Source of the DNA: Kribbella sp. NPDC004875 | GTDB taxonomy: Bacteria > Actinomycetota > Actinomycetes > Propionibacteriales > Kribbellaceae | Assembly (NCBI RefSeq): GCF_042873375.1 | Contig: NZ_JBIALI010000001.1 | Span: forward strand, 1,453,110 to 1,477,109 | Reading direction: 5' to 3' | Length of the DNA: 24,000 nucleotides | Part shown: positions 8,825-16,249 of the stretch, piece by piece | How positions within the stretch are numbered: position 1 is the stretch's first letter | Layout of the letters: each line of letters starts with the position of its first letter | Notes under the pieces: model-generated | What the model was told of the DNA's origin: nothing | What the model saw: only the letters and a program-made list of their open reading frames with translations | Database searches by the model: none | Translations under genes and position numbers: made by a program

Positions 8825-11392
8825 ATGAAGCGCGGGCATCTGCGGGTGTATCTCGGGGCCGCGCCCGGTGTCGGGAAGACGTACAAGATGCTGGGCGAGG
8901 GACAGCGCCGCCTCGCCCGGGGTACGGACGTGGTGGTCGGGCTGGTCGAGACCCACGGCCGGGAGCACACCGCCGAGATGCTCGACGGGCTGGAGACGGT
9001 CCCGCGGCGCATCCTCGACTACCGCGGCGCCAGCTTCACCGAGATGGATATCGACGCGGTGCTGGCCCGGCGGCCCGAGGTCGCCCTGGTCGACGAGCTG
9101 GCGCACACCAACGTCCCGGGTAGCCGGAACGAGAAGCGCTGGCAGGACATCGAGGAGCTGCTGGCCGCCGGGATCGACGTGATCTCGGCGGTCAACATCC
9201 AGCACCTCGAGTCGATCAACGACGTGGTCGAGAAGATCACCGGCGTACCGCAGCAGGAGACGGTGCCGGACCGGGTGGTCCGGGCCGCGGACCAGATCGA
9301 GCTGGTCGACATGACGCCGGAGGCGCTGCGCCGCCGGATGGCGCACGGGAACGTGTACGCGGCGGACAAGATCGACGCTGCCCTGGGCAACTACTTCCGG
9401 GTCGGGAACCTGTCGGCGCTGCGGGAGCTGGCGCTGCTCTGGCTCGCGGACCGGGTGGATGCGGGCCTGCAGCAGTACCGCGCGGAGCACGACATCGACT
9501 CGACCTGGGAAGCGCGGGAGCGGGTCGTGGTCGCCCTCACCGGTGGGTCCGAGGGCGAGACCCTGATCCGCCGCGCGGCCCGGATCGCGGCCCGGTCGGC
9601 CGGCGGCGATCTGCTGGCCGTCCATGTGGCGCGATCGGACGGTCTGACCGGGGCCAACCCCAGCAAGCTCGCCGAGCAGCGGAACCTGGTCGAGACGCTG
9701 GGCGGCACCTACCACCAGGTCGTCGGTGACGACATCCCGGCCGCGCTGCTGACGTTCGCGCGGGCCGAGAACGCGACCCAGCTGGTCCTCGGCGGCAGTC
9801 GCCGGTCGTGGTTCGGGTCGTTGTTCACCGGGCCCGGGATCGGTGCCACCACGATCCACGAGTCCGGCGACATCGACGTACACATCGTCACGCACTCGCA
9901 GATGGGGCGTGGGCGGCTGCCGCGGCTGCGGGGGAGTCTGTCGCGGCGGCGGCGGATCCAGGGCTTCGTGCTGGCGGTCGTGCTGCCGCCGGTGCTCGCC
10001 GTCATCCTCGGGATGGGCGGCGACACGCTGAACCTGACCAGCAATGTGCTGGCCTTCCTGTTCGCGGTGGTCGTGGTCGCGCTGGTCGGCGGGATGTGGC
10101 CGGCGATGGTGACGGCGGTCGGTGGGTCGCTGGTGCTGAACTGGTTCTTCACACCGCCGAAACGCACCTTCACGATCGCCGAGCTGAACAACGCGCTGGC
10201 GCTGCTGATCTTCGTGCTGGTCGCGGCGATGGTCAGTTCGGTCGTCGACCGCGCGGCACGACGTACCAGACAGGCGGCCCGGGCGGCCGCGGAATCGGAG
10301 ACTCTGGCGACCTTGGCGGGTTCGGTACTGCGCGGCGAGACCGCGCTGCCCGCGCTGCTCGAGCGGGTCCGCGAGGCGTTCGGGATGAGCGGAGCGTGCC
10401 TGATGGAGCGGGTGGACGACGACGAGCTGACGGAGGTCTGGCGGCCGCTCGCCTCGGCCGGGTCGCTGACCTGCACCCGGCCGGAGGAGGCCGACGCGGA
10501 GATTCCTGCCCGCGACGATCTCGTCCTGGTGCTGCAGGGCCACCAGCTGGAGGCCGACGAGCGCCGGCTGGTCGGGGCGTTCGCCGCGCACGCGGCCGCG
10601 CTGGTCGACCGGGCGCGGTTGAGCGAGGCAGCCGCCGAGGCGAAGCCGCTCGCCGAGGCCGACAAGTTGCGTACGGCGCTGCTCCGCGCGGTCGGCCATG
10701 ACCTGCGGTCCCCGCTGGCGTCGGCGAAGGCGTCGGTGACGTCGCTGCGCAGCGACGACGTGGAGTGGAGCGAGTCGGAGCGGGCCGAGCTGCTCGAGAC
10801 CGCGGACGAGTCGCTCGACCGCTTGTCGCGGCTGGTGGACAACTTGCTCGATCTGAGTCGGCTGCAGGCCGGCGTACTGCCGGTGTTCACCCGGCCGATG
10901 GCGCTGGACGAGATCCTGCCCGGTGTCCTGGGGGAGCTCGGCGACGACGCCGATCCTGTGAAGGTCGACATCCCGCACACGCTGCCGCTGGTCGAGGCGG
11001 ACCCGGCGCTGCTGGAACGCGTGGTGGCGAACCTGTTGGCCAACGCGATCCGGTACTCGCCGCCCGGGCGGCCGCCGATGGTCACCGGCAGCGCACTCGG
11101 CCCCGCCGTGGAGGTCCGGGTGATCGACCGTGGTCCGGGTATCCCGCGCGCGGACCGGGACCGGGTGTTCGCGCCGTTCCAGCGGCTCGGCGACACCGAC
11201 AACACCGTCGGCGTCGGACTCGGGCTGGCACTCGCGCGCGGCCTCACCGAGGCGATGCACGGCACACTGACACCCGAGGACACCCCGGGTGGCGGACTCA
11301 CGATGGTGGTCTCGATGCCGACGGCGACAGTCCCGCCGACCGACATCCCCGTGCCCGGCGCCCGCGAACGATCGGAACGGGAAACCCCATGA
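8825..11392 (+). CDS. kdpD: Sensor histidine kinase KdpD
   Basis: 855 aa. Domain order is N-terminal KdpD domain (LGAAPGVGKTYKML), Usp-like region, 4 TM helices, GAF-like region, H-box (AVGHDLRSPLA) and HATPase (DRGPGIP.., GLGLAL). Confidence 0.97.
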   Translation: MKRGHLRVYLGAAPGVGKTYKMLGEGQRRLARGTDVVVGLVETHGREHTAEMLDGLETVPRRILDYRGASFTEMDIDAVLARRPEVALVDELAHTNVPGSRNEKRWQDIEELLAAGIDVISAVNIQHLESINDVVEKITGVPQQETVPDRVVRAADQIELVDMTPEALRRRMAHGNVYAADKIDAALGNYFRVGNLSALRELALLWLADRVDAGLQQYRAEHDIDSTWEARERVVVALTGGSEGETLIRRAARIAARSAGGDLLAVHVARSDGLTGANPSKLAEQRNLVETLGGTYHQVVGDDIPAALLTFARAENATQLVLGGSRRSWFGSLFTGPGIGATTIHESGDIDVHIVTHSQMGRGRLPRLRGSLSRRRRIQGFVLAVVLPPVLAVILGMGGDTLNLTSNVLAFLFAVVVVALVGGMWPAMVTAVGGSLVLNWFFTPPKRTFTIAELNNALALLIFVLVAAMVSSVVDRAARRTRQAARAAAESETLATLAGSVLRGETALPALLERVREAFGMSGACLMERVDDDELTEVWRPLASAGSLTCTRPEEADAEIPARDDLVLVLQGHQLEADERRLVGAFAAHAAALVDRARLSEAAAEAKPLAEADKLRTALLRAVGHDLRSPLASAKASVTSLRSDDVEWSESERAELLETADESLDRLSRLVDNLLDLSRLQAGVLPVFTRPMALDEILPGVLGELGDDADPVKVDIPHTLPLVEADPALLERVVANLLANAIRYSPPGRPPMVTGSALGPAVEVRVIDRGPGIPRADRDRVFAPFQRLGDTDNTVGVGLGLALARGLTEAMHGTLTPEDTPGGGLTMVVSMPTATVPPTDIPVPGARERSERETP

Positions 11393-11513
11393 CCGTGCAG
11401 ATGCCACGCCTCCGGCGCGGCGGGTCATGGGGCTGTGACTCCCGACCTTCCCTCGTCGCTCCGGTCGCTGCGCTCCCTGCGCTCCTCAGTCCAGGCCGGG
11501 AGGCCCCATGACC
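11385..11513 (+). repeat. 10-bp direct repeat CCCCATGACC (11385-11394 and 11504-11513) flanking a 109-nt kdpD-kdpE spacer; a 40-codon bridging ORF spans 11389-11511
   Basis: Both copies were read directly. Copy 1 contains the kdpD stop (TGA 11390-11392) and an ATG (11389). Copy 2 contains the kdpE ATG (11508) and a TGA (11509-11511). The frame between them is open. Confidence 0.8.
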
Positions 11514-12185
11514 AGAGTTCTGGTGGTCGACGACGAGCCGCAGATCGTGCGGGCGTTGCAGATCAATCTGAAGGCGCGCGGGTACGAGGTGCATCTGGCG
11601 GGGACCGGGACGGCGGCGTTGAAGGTCGCGGCGCAGCATCCGCCGGAGCTGGTGATCCTGGACCTCGGGCTGCCGGACTTCGACGGCGTGGAGGTGATCC
11701 GCGGGCTGCGCGGCTGGACCGACGCGCCGATCCTGGTGCTGTCCGGGCGGACCGACCAGACCGACAAGGTCGAGGCGCTGGACGCCGGCGCGGACGACTA
11801 CGTGACCAAGCCGTTCGGGATCGACGAGCTGCTGGCCCGGATGCGCGCCGTACTGCGGCGCAGCAACATCGCCCAGGACCAGCCGGTCATCAGCGTCGGC
11901 GGCGTCGTCGTCGACCTGGCCGCCAAACGGGTCACCCTGGAGACCGGCGAGGACATCCGCCTCACCCCGACCGAGTGGCACCTGCTGGAGGTCCTGGTCC
12001 GCAACCCCGGCAAGCTGATGTCTCAGCGGCAGCTCCTGACCGAGGTCTGGGGCCCCGGCTACGAGACCGCCGGCGGCAACCTGCGCTTCTACATGGGCCA
12101 GCTCCGCCGCAAACTCGAACCCGACCCCGCCCGCCCCAAACACCTGCTCACCGAACCAGGCATGGGCTACCGCTTCGAGCCGTGA
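11508..12185 (+). CDS. kdpE: OmpR-family response regulator KdpE
   Basis: 225 aa. The receiver domain is VLVVDDEP..ILDLGLPD.DG..; the winged-helix C-terminus is LTPTEWHLLEVL..PGKL.SQRQLL..VWGP. GGGAGG lies 5 nt before the ATG. Confidence 0.95.
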   Translation: MTRVLVVDDEPQIVRALQINLKARGYEVHLAGTGTAALKVAAQHPPELVILDLGLPDFDGVEVIRGLRGWTDAPILVLSGRTDQTDKVEALDAGADDYVTKPFGIDELLARMRAVLRRSNIAQDQPVISVGGVVVDLAAKRVTLETGEDIRLTPTEWHLLEVLVRNPGKLMSQRQLLTEVWGPGYETAGGNLRFYMGQLRRKLEPDPARPKHLLTEPGMGYRFEP

Positions 12186-12235
12186 CGTCCGTTTCGTTCA
12201 AGACGGCGTACGCCGGGCTGCGGGAAGGTTGGCGC

Positions 12236-13078
12236 ATGGACATCTTCACCGCAGGTCGGGACTTTGTACGGCGGGACGCCCGCGTGCTCGAGCGCCGGGT
12301 CTTCGCGACGGTCTTCGAAGGGGCCGACGCGCACGGCGTGGCCGACGCGCTGCGTGGTTACCAGAACGCCGACGGCGGGTTCGGGCACGGGCTGGAACCG
12401 GACAAGCGCTGCCCGGACAGCCTGCCGCTCGACGTCGAGGTCGCGTTCGACACGTTGCTCCAGGCCGGCGCCCGGGACGACGAGATGGTCCGCCGCGCCG
12501 CCGACTGGCTGGGCCGGACCGCCGACGAGAACGGCGCCGTACCGCTGTGCGGTCCCGCGGTGGAGGGTTACCCGCGCGCCGAGCACATCACCGAGTGGAC
12601 GTACCAGCCCGCTCTGAACCCCACGGCCGGGTTGGTCGGCCGGTTGAACAAGCTCGGCATCGAGCACCCGTGGCGCGACAAAGCCGCCGCTTGGTGCGCC
12701 GAGCAGTTGGCCGGCGGACTGCCCGAGGACGCGCACGGCATGGGCGAGGCGCTGCAGTTCCTCGAGCACACCGATGACGTCGACTTCGACCGGATTCGCG
12801 AGTGGCTTCCCAAGCTTCAGCACTACCGCGGTGACGCCGCGGACCCGTCGTACGGCGTGACTCCGCTGCAGTTCGTACCGACGCCGGACAGTTTCTGGCG
12901 GCCACTCTTCACCGACGAGCAGCTCGAGGCGCATCTCGACCGGCTGCTCGCCGACCAGCAGGACGACGGCGGCTGGGCGATCACGTGGGAGCCGCCGGGA
13001 CCGGCCGCGACGCTGGAGTACCGCGGGGTGGTTACCGTCGGCGCACTCCGAACACTCAAGGCCTACAACCGGCTGTAG
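12236..13078 (+). CDS. Prenyltransferase / squalene-oxidase-repeat (alpha/alpha-toroid) protein, 280 aa
   Basis: The start is placed at ATG 12236 (GGGAAGG 7 nt upstream). The product carries QNADGGFGHG and QQDDGGWAITW repeats, typical of the terpene-cyclase/prenyltransferase repeat superfamily. The upstream part of track ORF 11435..13078 overlaps kdpE out of frame. Confidence 0.6.
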   Translation: MDIFTAGRDFVRRDARVLERRVFATVFEGADAHGVADALRGYQNADGGFGHGLEPDKRCPDSLPLDVEVAFDTLLQAGARDDEMVRRAADWLGRTADENGAVPLCGPAVEGYPRAEHITEWTYQPALNPTAGLVGRLNKLGIEHPWRDKAAAWCAEQLAGGLPEDAHGMGEALQFLEHTDDVDFDRIREWLPKLQHYRGDAADPSYGVTPLQFVPTPDSFWRPLFTDEQLEAHLDRLLADQQDDGGWAITWEPPGPAATLEYRGVVTVGALRTLKAYNRL

Positions 13079-13080
13079 AA

Positions 13081-13109
13081 AAGGCCCTCCGCCACCGGCG
13101 GAGGGCCTT
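13081..13109 (-). terminator. Intrinsic terminator of the rpmG-rpsN operon (also sits after the plus-strand gene)
   Basis: 13-bp perfect stem AAGGCCCTCCGCC/GGCGGAGGGCCTT with a 3-nt loop. On the minus strand it is followed by TTTTCT. Confidence 0.7.
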
Positions 13110-13120
13110 ACGCTGTGTTG

Positions 13121-13155
13121 CCAGGAAGGGGTACCAGGAAGGGTCACCAGGAAGA
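13121..13155. repeat. Three tandem copies, 13-nt period, of CCAGGAAG(G/A); the last copy overlaps the rpsN stop region
   Basis: CCAGGAAGGGGTA / CCAGGAAGGGTCA / CCAGGAAGACTTC read directly. On the minus strand this reads ..TCTTCCTGGTGA CCCTTCCTGGTAC CCCTTCCTGGCAA. Confidence 0.8.
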
Positions 13156-13449
13156 CTTCGTGATCCCGGGCAGTTCGCCCCGGTGGGCCATCGCCCGGAA
13201 ACGAACCCGGGAGATCCCGGCCTTCCCGACATACCCACGAGGACGTCCGTCGACCGCGTCCCGGTTCCGGACGCGGATCGGGCTGGCGTCCCGCGGCAGC
13301 TTCTGCAGCGTCAGCCGCGCCGCCTCGCGGTCGGCCGGCGAAGTCCGCGGATCGGCGATCACGCGTTTCAGGTCGGCCCGGCGCTCGGAGTAGTGGGCGA
13401 CGGTGCGGCGGCGCTGCTCGTTCTTCGCGATCTTCGCCGTGGTCGCCAT
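13144..13449 (-). CDS. rpsN: 30S ribosomal protein S14, long cysteine-free (zinc-independent, C-) form
   Basis: 101 aa: [24 protein letters not shown]...[11 protein letters not shown]. The S14 signature is present, there is no Cys, and the length is that of the long 101-aa type. Confidence 0.95.
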   Translation of the reverse strand: MATTAKIAKNEQRRRTVAHYSERRADLKRVIADPRTSPADREAARLTLQKLPRDASPIRVRNRDAVDGRPRGYVGKAGISRVRFRAMAHRGELPGITKSSW

Positions 13450-13616
13450 TACCGCTCTTCGCGGAAGTCGACGTGCTGGCGGATCTGCGGGTCGTACTTA
13501 CGGATCACAACCCGGTCGGGACTGTTCCGGCGGTTCTTCCGCGTTACATAGGTGAAGCCGGTGCCGGCGGTACTGCGGAGCTTGATGATCGGGCGGAGGT
13601 CGTTGCGCTTGGCCAT
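13449..13616 (-). CDS. rpmG: 50S ribosomal protein L33, cysteine-free (C-) form; 55 aa, absent from the ORF track
   Basis: Manual translation of the minus strand gives [55 protein letters not shown]. The L33 signature is present with the CxxC positions replaced. AAGGA Shine-Dalgarno is present. The TAA overlaps the rpsN ATG (TAATG). Confidence 0.9.
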   Translation of the reverse strand: MAKRNDLRPIIKLRSTAGTGFTYVTRKNRRNSPDRVVIRKYDPQIRQHVDFREER

Positions 13617-13715
13617 GCTGTCCTTGCTGTCCTTTCTCGGATCACCTGGCGGGCGACCCTGCCGGTTAGAACGCGACCCGGGTGGCGGCTATTCCTGCTC
13701 AGAGGGTACTTTGTA

Positions 13716-13732
13716 TTGGTTATCGTTTTCAA
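13716..13732. promoter_or_regulatory. Candidate Zur box in the AT-rich divergent promoter region
   Basis: The minus-strand reading TTGAAAACGATAACCAA matches the remembered actinobacterial Zur consensus TGAAAATGATTTTCA at 11 of 15 positions. It sits in the only AT-rich stretch of the region (13706-13736). Possible promoters are -10 TATCGT (plus strand) and -35 TTGAAA / -10 TACCCT (minus strand). Confidence 0.45.
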
Positions 13733-13748
13733 CAAGACGGGAGGGCCG

Positions 13749-14825
13749 ATGCTGCCGGTGACCTTGCTGACAGGCCTCGACGAGGGGTTCCTGGGCGCCG
13801 TCGCGGCGAATCTGCTGGCCGCCGCCGGCCCCACCGGCGTCCTGGTGGAGTACGACGTCAGCGCGCTGAGCGACGGCTCCGTCGTGCGGATCGCCCGGAC
13901 GGCGACCGGCGTGATCGACCGTGAGGTGATCACGATGGGCCACCCGTGCGTGTCCTGCGCGATGCGCGGCTCCCTGGTGCAGCTGCTCGCGAGCATCGCC
14001 GCCGTCGAGCGGTACGACGCCGCGATCGTGAACGTCCCGGCGGCCGGTGACACGCAGGCGATCGCCACCGAGATCGACGCCGACGCCGACCTGCTGGTGG
14101 ACGCCGCCGTCACCACGATCGACACGGCCACCGTCGTCGCAGACCTGACCGGTGACGAACTGATCCGTGACCGCGGCATCCCGACCGCGGCCGAGGACGG
14201 CCGGGCGCTCGCCGAGGTGATCGTCCATCAACTGGAGTACGCCGATGCCGCGATCCTCACCGGCGACTCCACGGCCGTCGCTGTCTTGCGGGCGATCAAT
14301 CCCCGGCTCCTGGTCAGGACCACGCCGGCAGGACTGCTCGGCGTACGGCTGCATGTTCCCGGCCGGGTGCTCGAGGCCGGCTCGATCGCGGCGCCGGACG
14401 AGCAGACTCTGGTCTGGCAGTCGGGCCGTCCGTTCCATCCGGAGCGGCTGTACGACGCTCTCGAGGACCTGGTCGCCGGGACGGCCCGGGGCCGCGGCAC
14501 GCTCTGGATCGCGACCCAGCACCGGCACCGGATCGGTTGGGACAGTTTCGGCGCGAACATCTCGCTCGGTGTCCTCGGTCCGTGGCTGGCGGATCTCCCG
14601 GCGGACCGCTGGGCCGCCGTCGGGCAGCAGCACCAGGCCCGCTCGGCCCTCGAGTGGCACCCGCAGTACGGCGACCGCGCGTCGTACTTGTCCTTCACCG
14701 GGCCCGATCTGAACCTGCGGGAATTACGCAGCCGCCTCGACGGTTGTGTCTTGCGTGCGGACGAAGCGGTCCATCCCCTGACCGACCCGTTCGCTCCCTA
14801 CTTGGAAGGAAGTACCGCAGCATGA
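13749..14825 (+). CDS. COG0523/CobW-like metallochaperone homolog with degenerate GTPase motifs
   Basis: 358 aa from ATG 13749 (GGGAGGG upstream). It has a COG0523-like layout: VTLLTG.., GHPC67VSC70, ..[12 protein letters not shown].., and the CobW_C-like [12 protein letters not shown]...RGRGTLWIA. Walker A GxxGxGKT and NKxD are not present. The stop overlaps the rpmE2 ATG (ATGA). Confidence 0.8.
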   Translation: MLPVTLLTGLDEGFLGAVAANLLAAAGPTGVLVEYDVSALSDGSVVRIARTATGVIDREVITMGHPCVSCAMRGSLVQLLASIAAVERYDAAIVNVPAAGDTQAIATEIDADADLLVDAAVTTIDTATVVADLTGDELIRDRGIPTAAEDGRALAEVIVHQLEYADAAILTGDSTAVAVLRAINPRLLVRTTPAGLLGVRLHVPGRVLEAGSIAAPDEQTLVWQSGRPFHPERLYDALEDLVAGTARGRGTLWIATQHRHRIGWDSFGANISLGVLGPWLADLPADRWAAVGQQHQARSALEWHPQYGDRASYLSFTGPDLNLRELRSRLDGCVLRADEAVHPLTDPFAPYLEGSTAA

Positions 14826-15067
14826 AGAACGGCATCCACCCCGACTACCGCCGGGTCGTCTTCCGGGACAAGTCCGGCAACTTCAGCTTCCTCACCGGTT
14901 CGACCCGCGAGAGCAACGAGACGGTCGTCTGGCACGACGGGAACACCTACCCGGTCGTCGACGTCGAGATCTCGTCCGCGACGCACCCGTTCTACACGGG
15001 CCAGCAGCGCGTGATGGACACCCAGGGCCGCGTGGAGAAGTTCAAGAAGCGCTACGGCCAGAAGTAA
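14822..15067 (+). CDS. rpmE2: 50S ribosomal protein L31 type B (cysteine-free paralog)
   Basis: 81 aa: [28 protein letters not shown]...[25 protein letters not shown]. This is the type B signature and there is no Cys. Confidence 0.95.
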   Translation: MKNGIHPDYRRVVFRDKSGNFSFLTGSTRESNETVVWHDGNTYPVVDVEISSATHPFYTGQQRVMDTQGRVEKFKKRYGQK

Positions 15068-15081
15068 CGGTCTGGTCCCTG

Positions 15082-15124
15082 ACGGCCCGCCGCCCCCACC
15101 GAGGGCGACGGGCCGTTTCTTTCG
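15082..15124 (+). terminator. Intrinsic terminator after rpmE2
   Basis: 14-bp stem with one mismatch (ACGGCCCGCCGCCC / GGGCGACGGGCCGT) and a 7-nt loop, followed by TTTCTTTCG. Confidence 0.7.
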
Positions 15125-15201
15125 TCGCCGCCTTCTTTCGTCTCGGTTTCAGCGACCGAAGATGGACGGCCGGGCGGGGCTGATGGCCTAGCGTCGATCG
15201 G

Positions 15202-16158
15202 GTGAAACGGTCCGCGATCGCGCTCTTCTTCCTCGCGCCGTTCGTCGGGGAGTACCTGCTCGGCAACCAGCCGATCACGGCCCTCGGGTCGATCTTCCTG
15301 TTCGCCCCGATGTACGGCGGCGGTGCGGTGCTGATCCGCGAGGTCGCCCGGCGCTTCGGCCTCGGCTGGACCGGGATCGTCGTGATGGCGGTCGCGTACG
15401 GCCTGGTCGAGGAGGGCCCGATCGACCAGATGCTGTTCAACCCCGGGTACGTCGGCCTGGACAGCTTCGCCGGGATGGCCGAGATTCCAGGCCTCGGGCT
15501 CAGCCTGACGCTGCTCCAGGGGACGCTCACCCTGCACACGATCTGGAGCATCTGCGTCCCGATCGCCCTCGTCGAGGCCTGCGCTCCGGCTGGGCCCTGG
15601 CTGCGACGTGGCGGGCTGGCGACGGTCGCCGTCATCTTCGTGCTCGGCTCGACCCTGCTCGGTGTCATGCAGGCCGCCGGCTTCCACTTCGTCGCCTCGC
15701 CTGCGCAGTTCATCGTGTCGGGGGTCGTGATCCTCGGGCTGATCGCGCTCGCGTTTGTGCTCGGGCGCCGGACGTCGCGGGTCGCGGACGGGACCGTGCC
15801 GCGGCCGCTCGTCGTCGGGCTGACCGGCTTCGGGGTGACGAGTGTGTACTGGCTGGAGTCCGTGTTCTTCCCCGACGGTGTCGGCTCGGAGTGGATCTCG
15901 GTCGCCTGGTGGTTCGTCCTGTTCGGGGTGTCGACCACTGTCGTCGTCCGGTGGGCTCGCCGCTGTGCGTGGACCCCGCGCCACACCCTCGCGCTAGCGA
16001 CCGGCGCTCTCCTGACGTACGCCTGGGCCGGCTTCTCCCACGCCCACGACATGGACGACACCTCGCTTGGAGTCGCCCTGCTCGGCAACACCGTCTTCGC
16101 ACTGGTCGCGATCGCCATCGCAATGTTCGCCTGGCGGCGGATCTGCGCCACTCACTAA
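15202..16158 (+). CDS. Polytopic integral membrane protein, family not recognised
   Basis: 318 aa starting at GTG. By eye there are about 9-10 hydrophobic helices (AIALFFLAPFVGEYLLG, IFLFAPMYGGGAVLI, FIVSGVVILGLIALAFVLG, and others). GC3 is high. Confidence 0.7.
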   Translation: MKRSAIALFFLAPFVGEYLLGNQPITALGSIFLFAPMYGGGAVLIREVARRFGLGWTGIVVMAVAYGLVEEGPIDQMLFNPGYVGLDSFAGMAEIPGLGLSLTLLQGTLTLHTIWSICVPIALVEACAPAGPWLRRGGLATVAVIFVLGSTLLGVMQAAGFHFVASPAQFIVSGVVILGLIALAFVLGRRTSRVADGTVPRPLVVGLTGFGVTSVYWLESVFFPDGVGSEWISVAWWFVLFGVSTTVVVRWARRCAWTPRHTLALATGALLTYAWAGFSHAHDMDDTSLGVALLGNTVFALVAIAIAMFAWRRICATH

Positions 16159-16249
16159 CCTCGCCCGGTCGCCTGGTTTCACGCCTGGTTCACGCTTGGG
16201 GCCGCGCGGCCGGCGAGAGTTGGTGAGTGCTGGCGGTCCGCACCTGCCG

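Noticed and set aside
8192-11428. 1078-aa minus-strand ORF antisense to kdpC and kdpD
   Set aside because: The plus strand encodes unmistakable KdpC and KdpD. The antisense product is Arg/Gly/Pro/His-rich low-complexity sequence with no motifs. Long stop-free antisense frames are expected at about 70% GC with G/C-ending codons.
11435-12235. Upstream 267 codons of track ORF 11435..13078
   Set aside because: It overlaps kdpE out of frame and has an Arg/Gly/Pro-rich product. The recognisable protein and a good Shine-Dalgarno start at 12236.
13473-13748. Upstream 92 codons of track ORF 13473..14825
   Set aside because: It runs antisense through the L33 gene and across the AT-rich promoter/Zur-box region. 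COG0523 similarity and the GGGAGGG Shine-Dalgarno begin at 13749.
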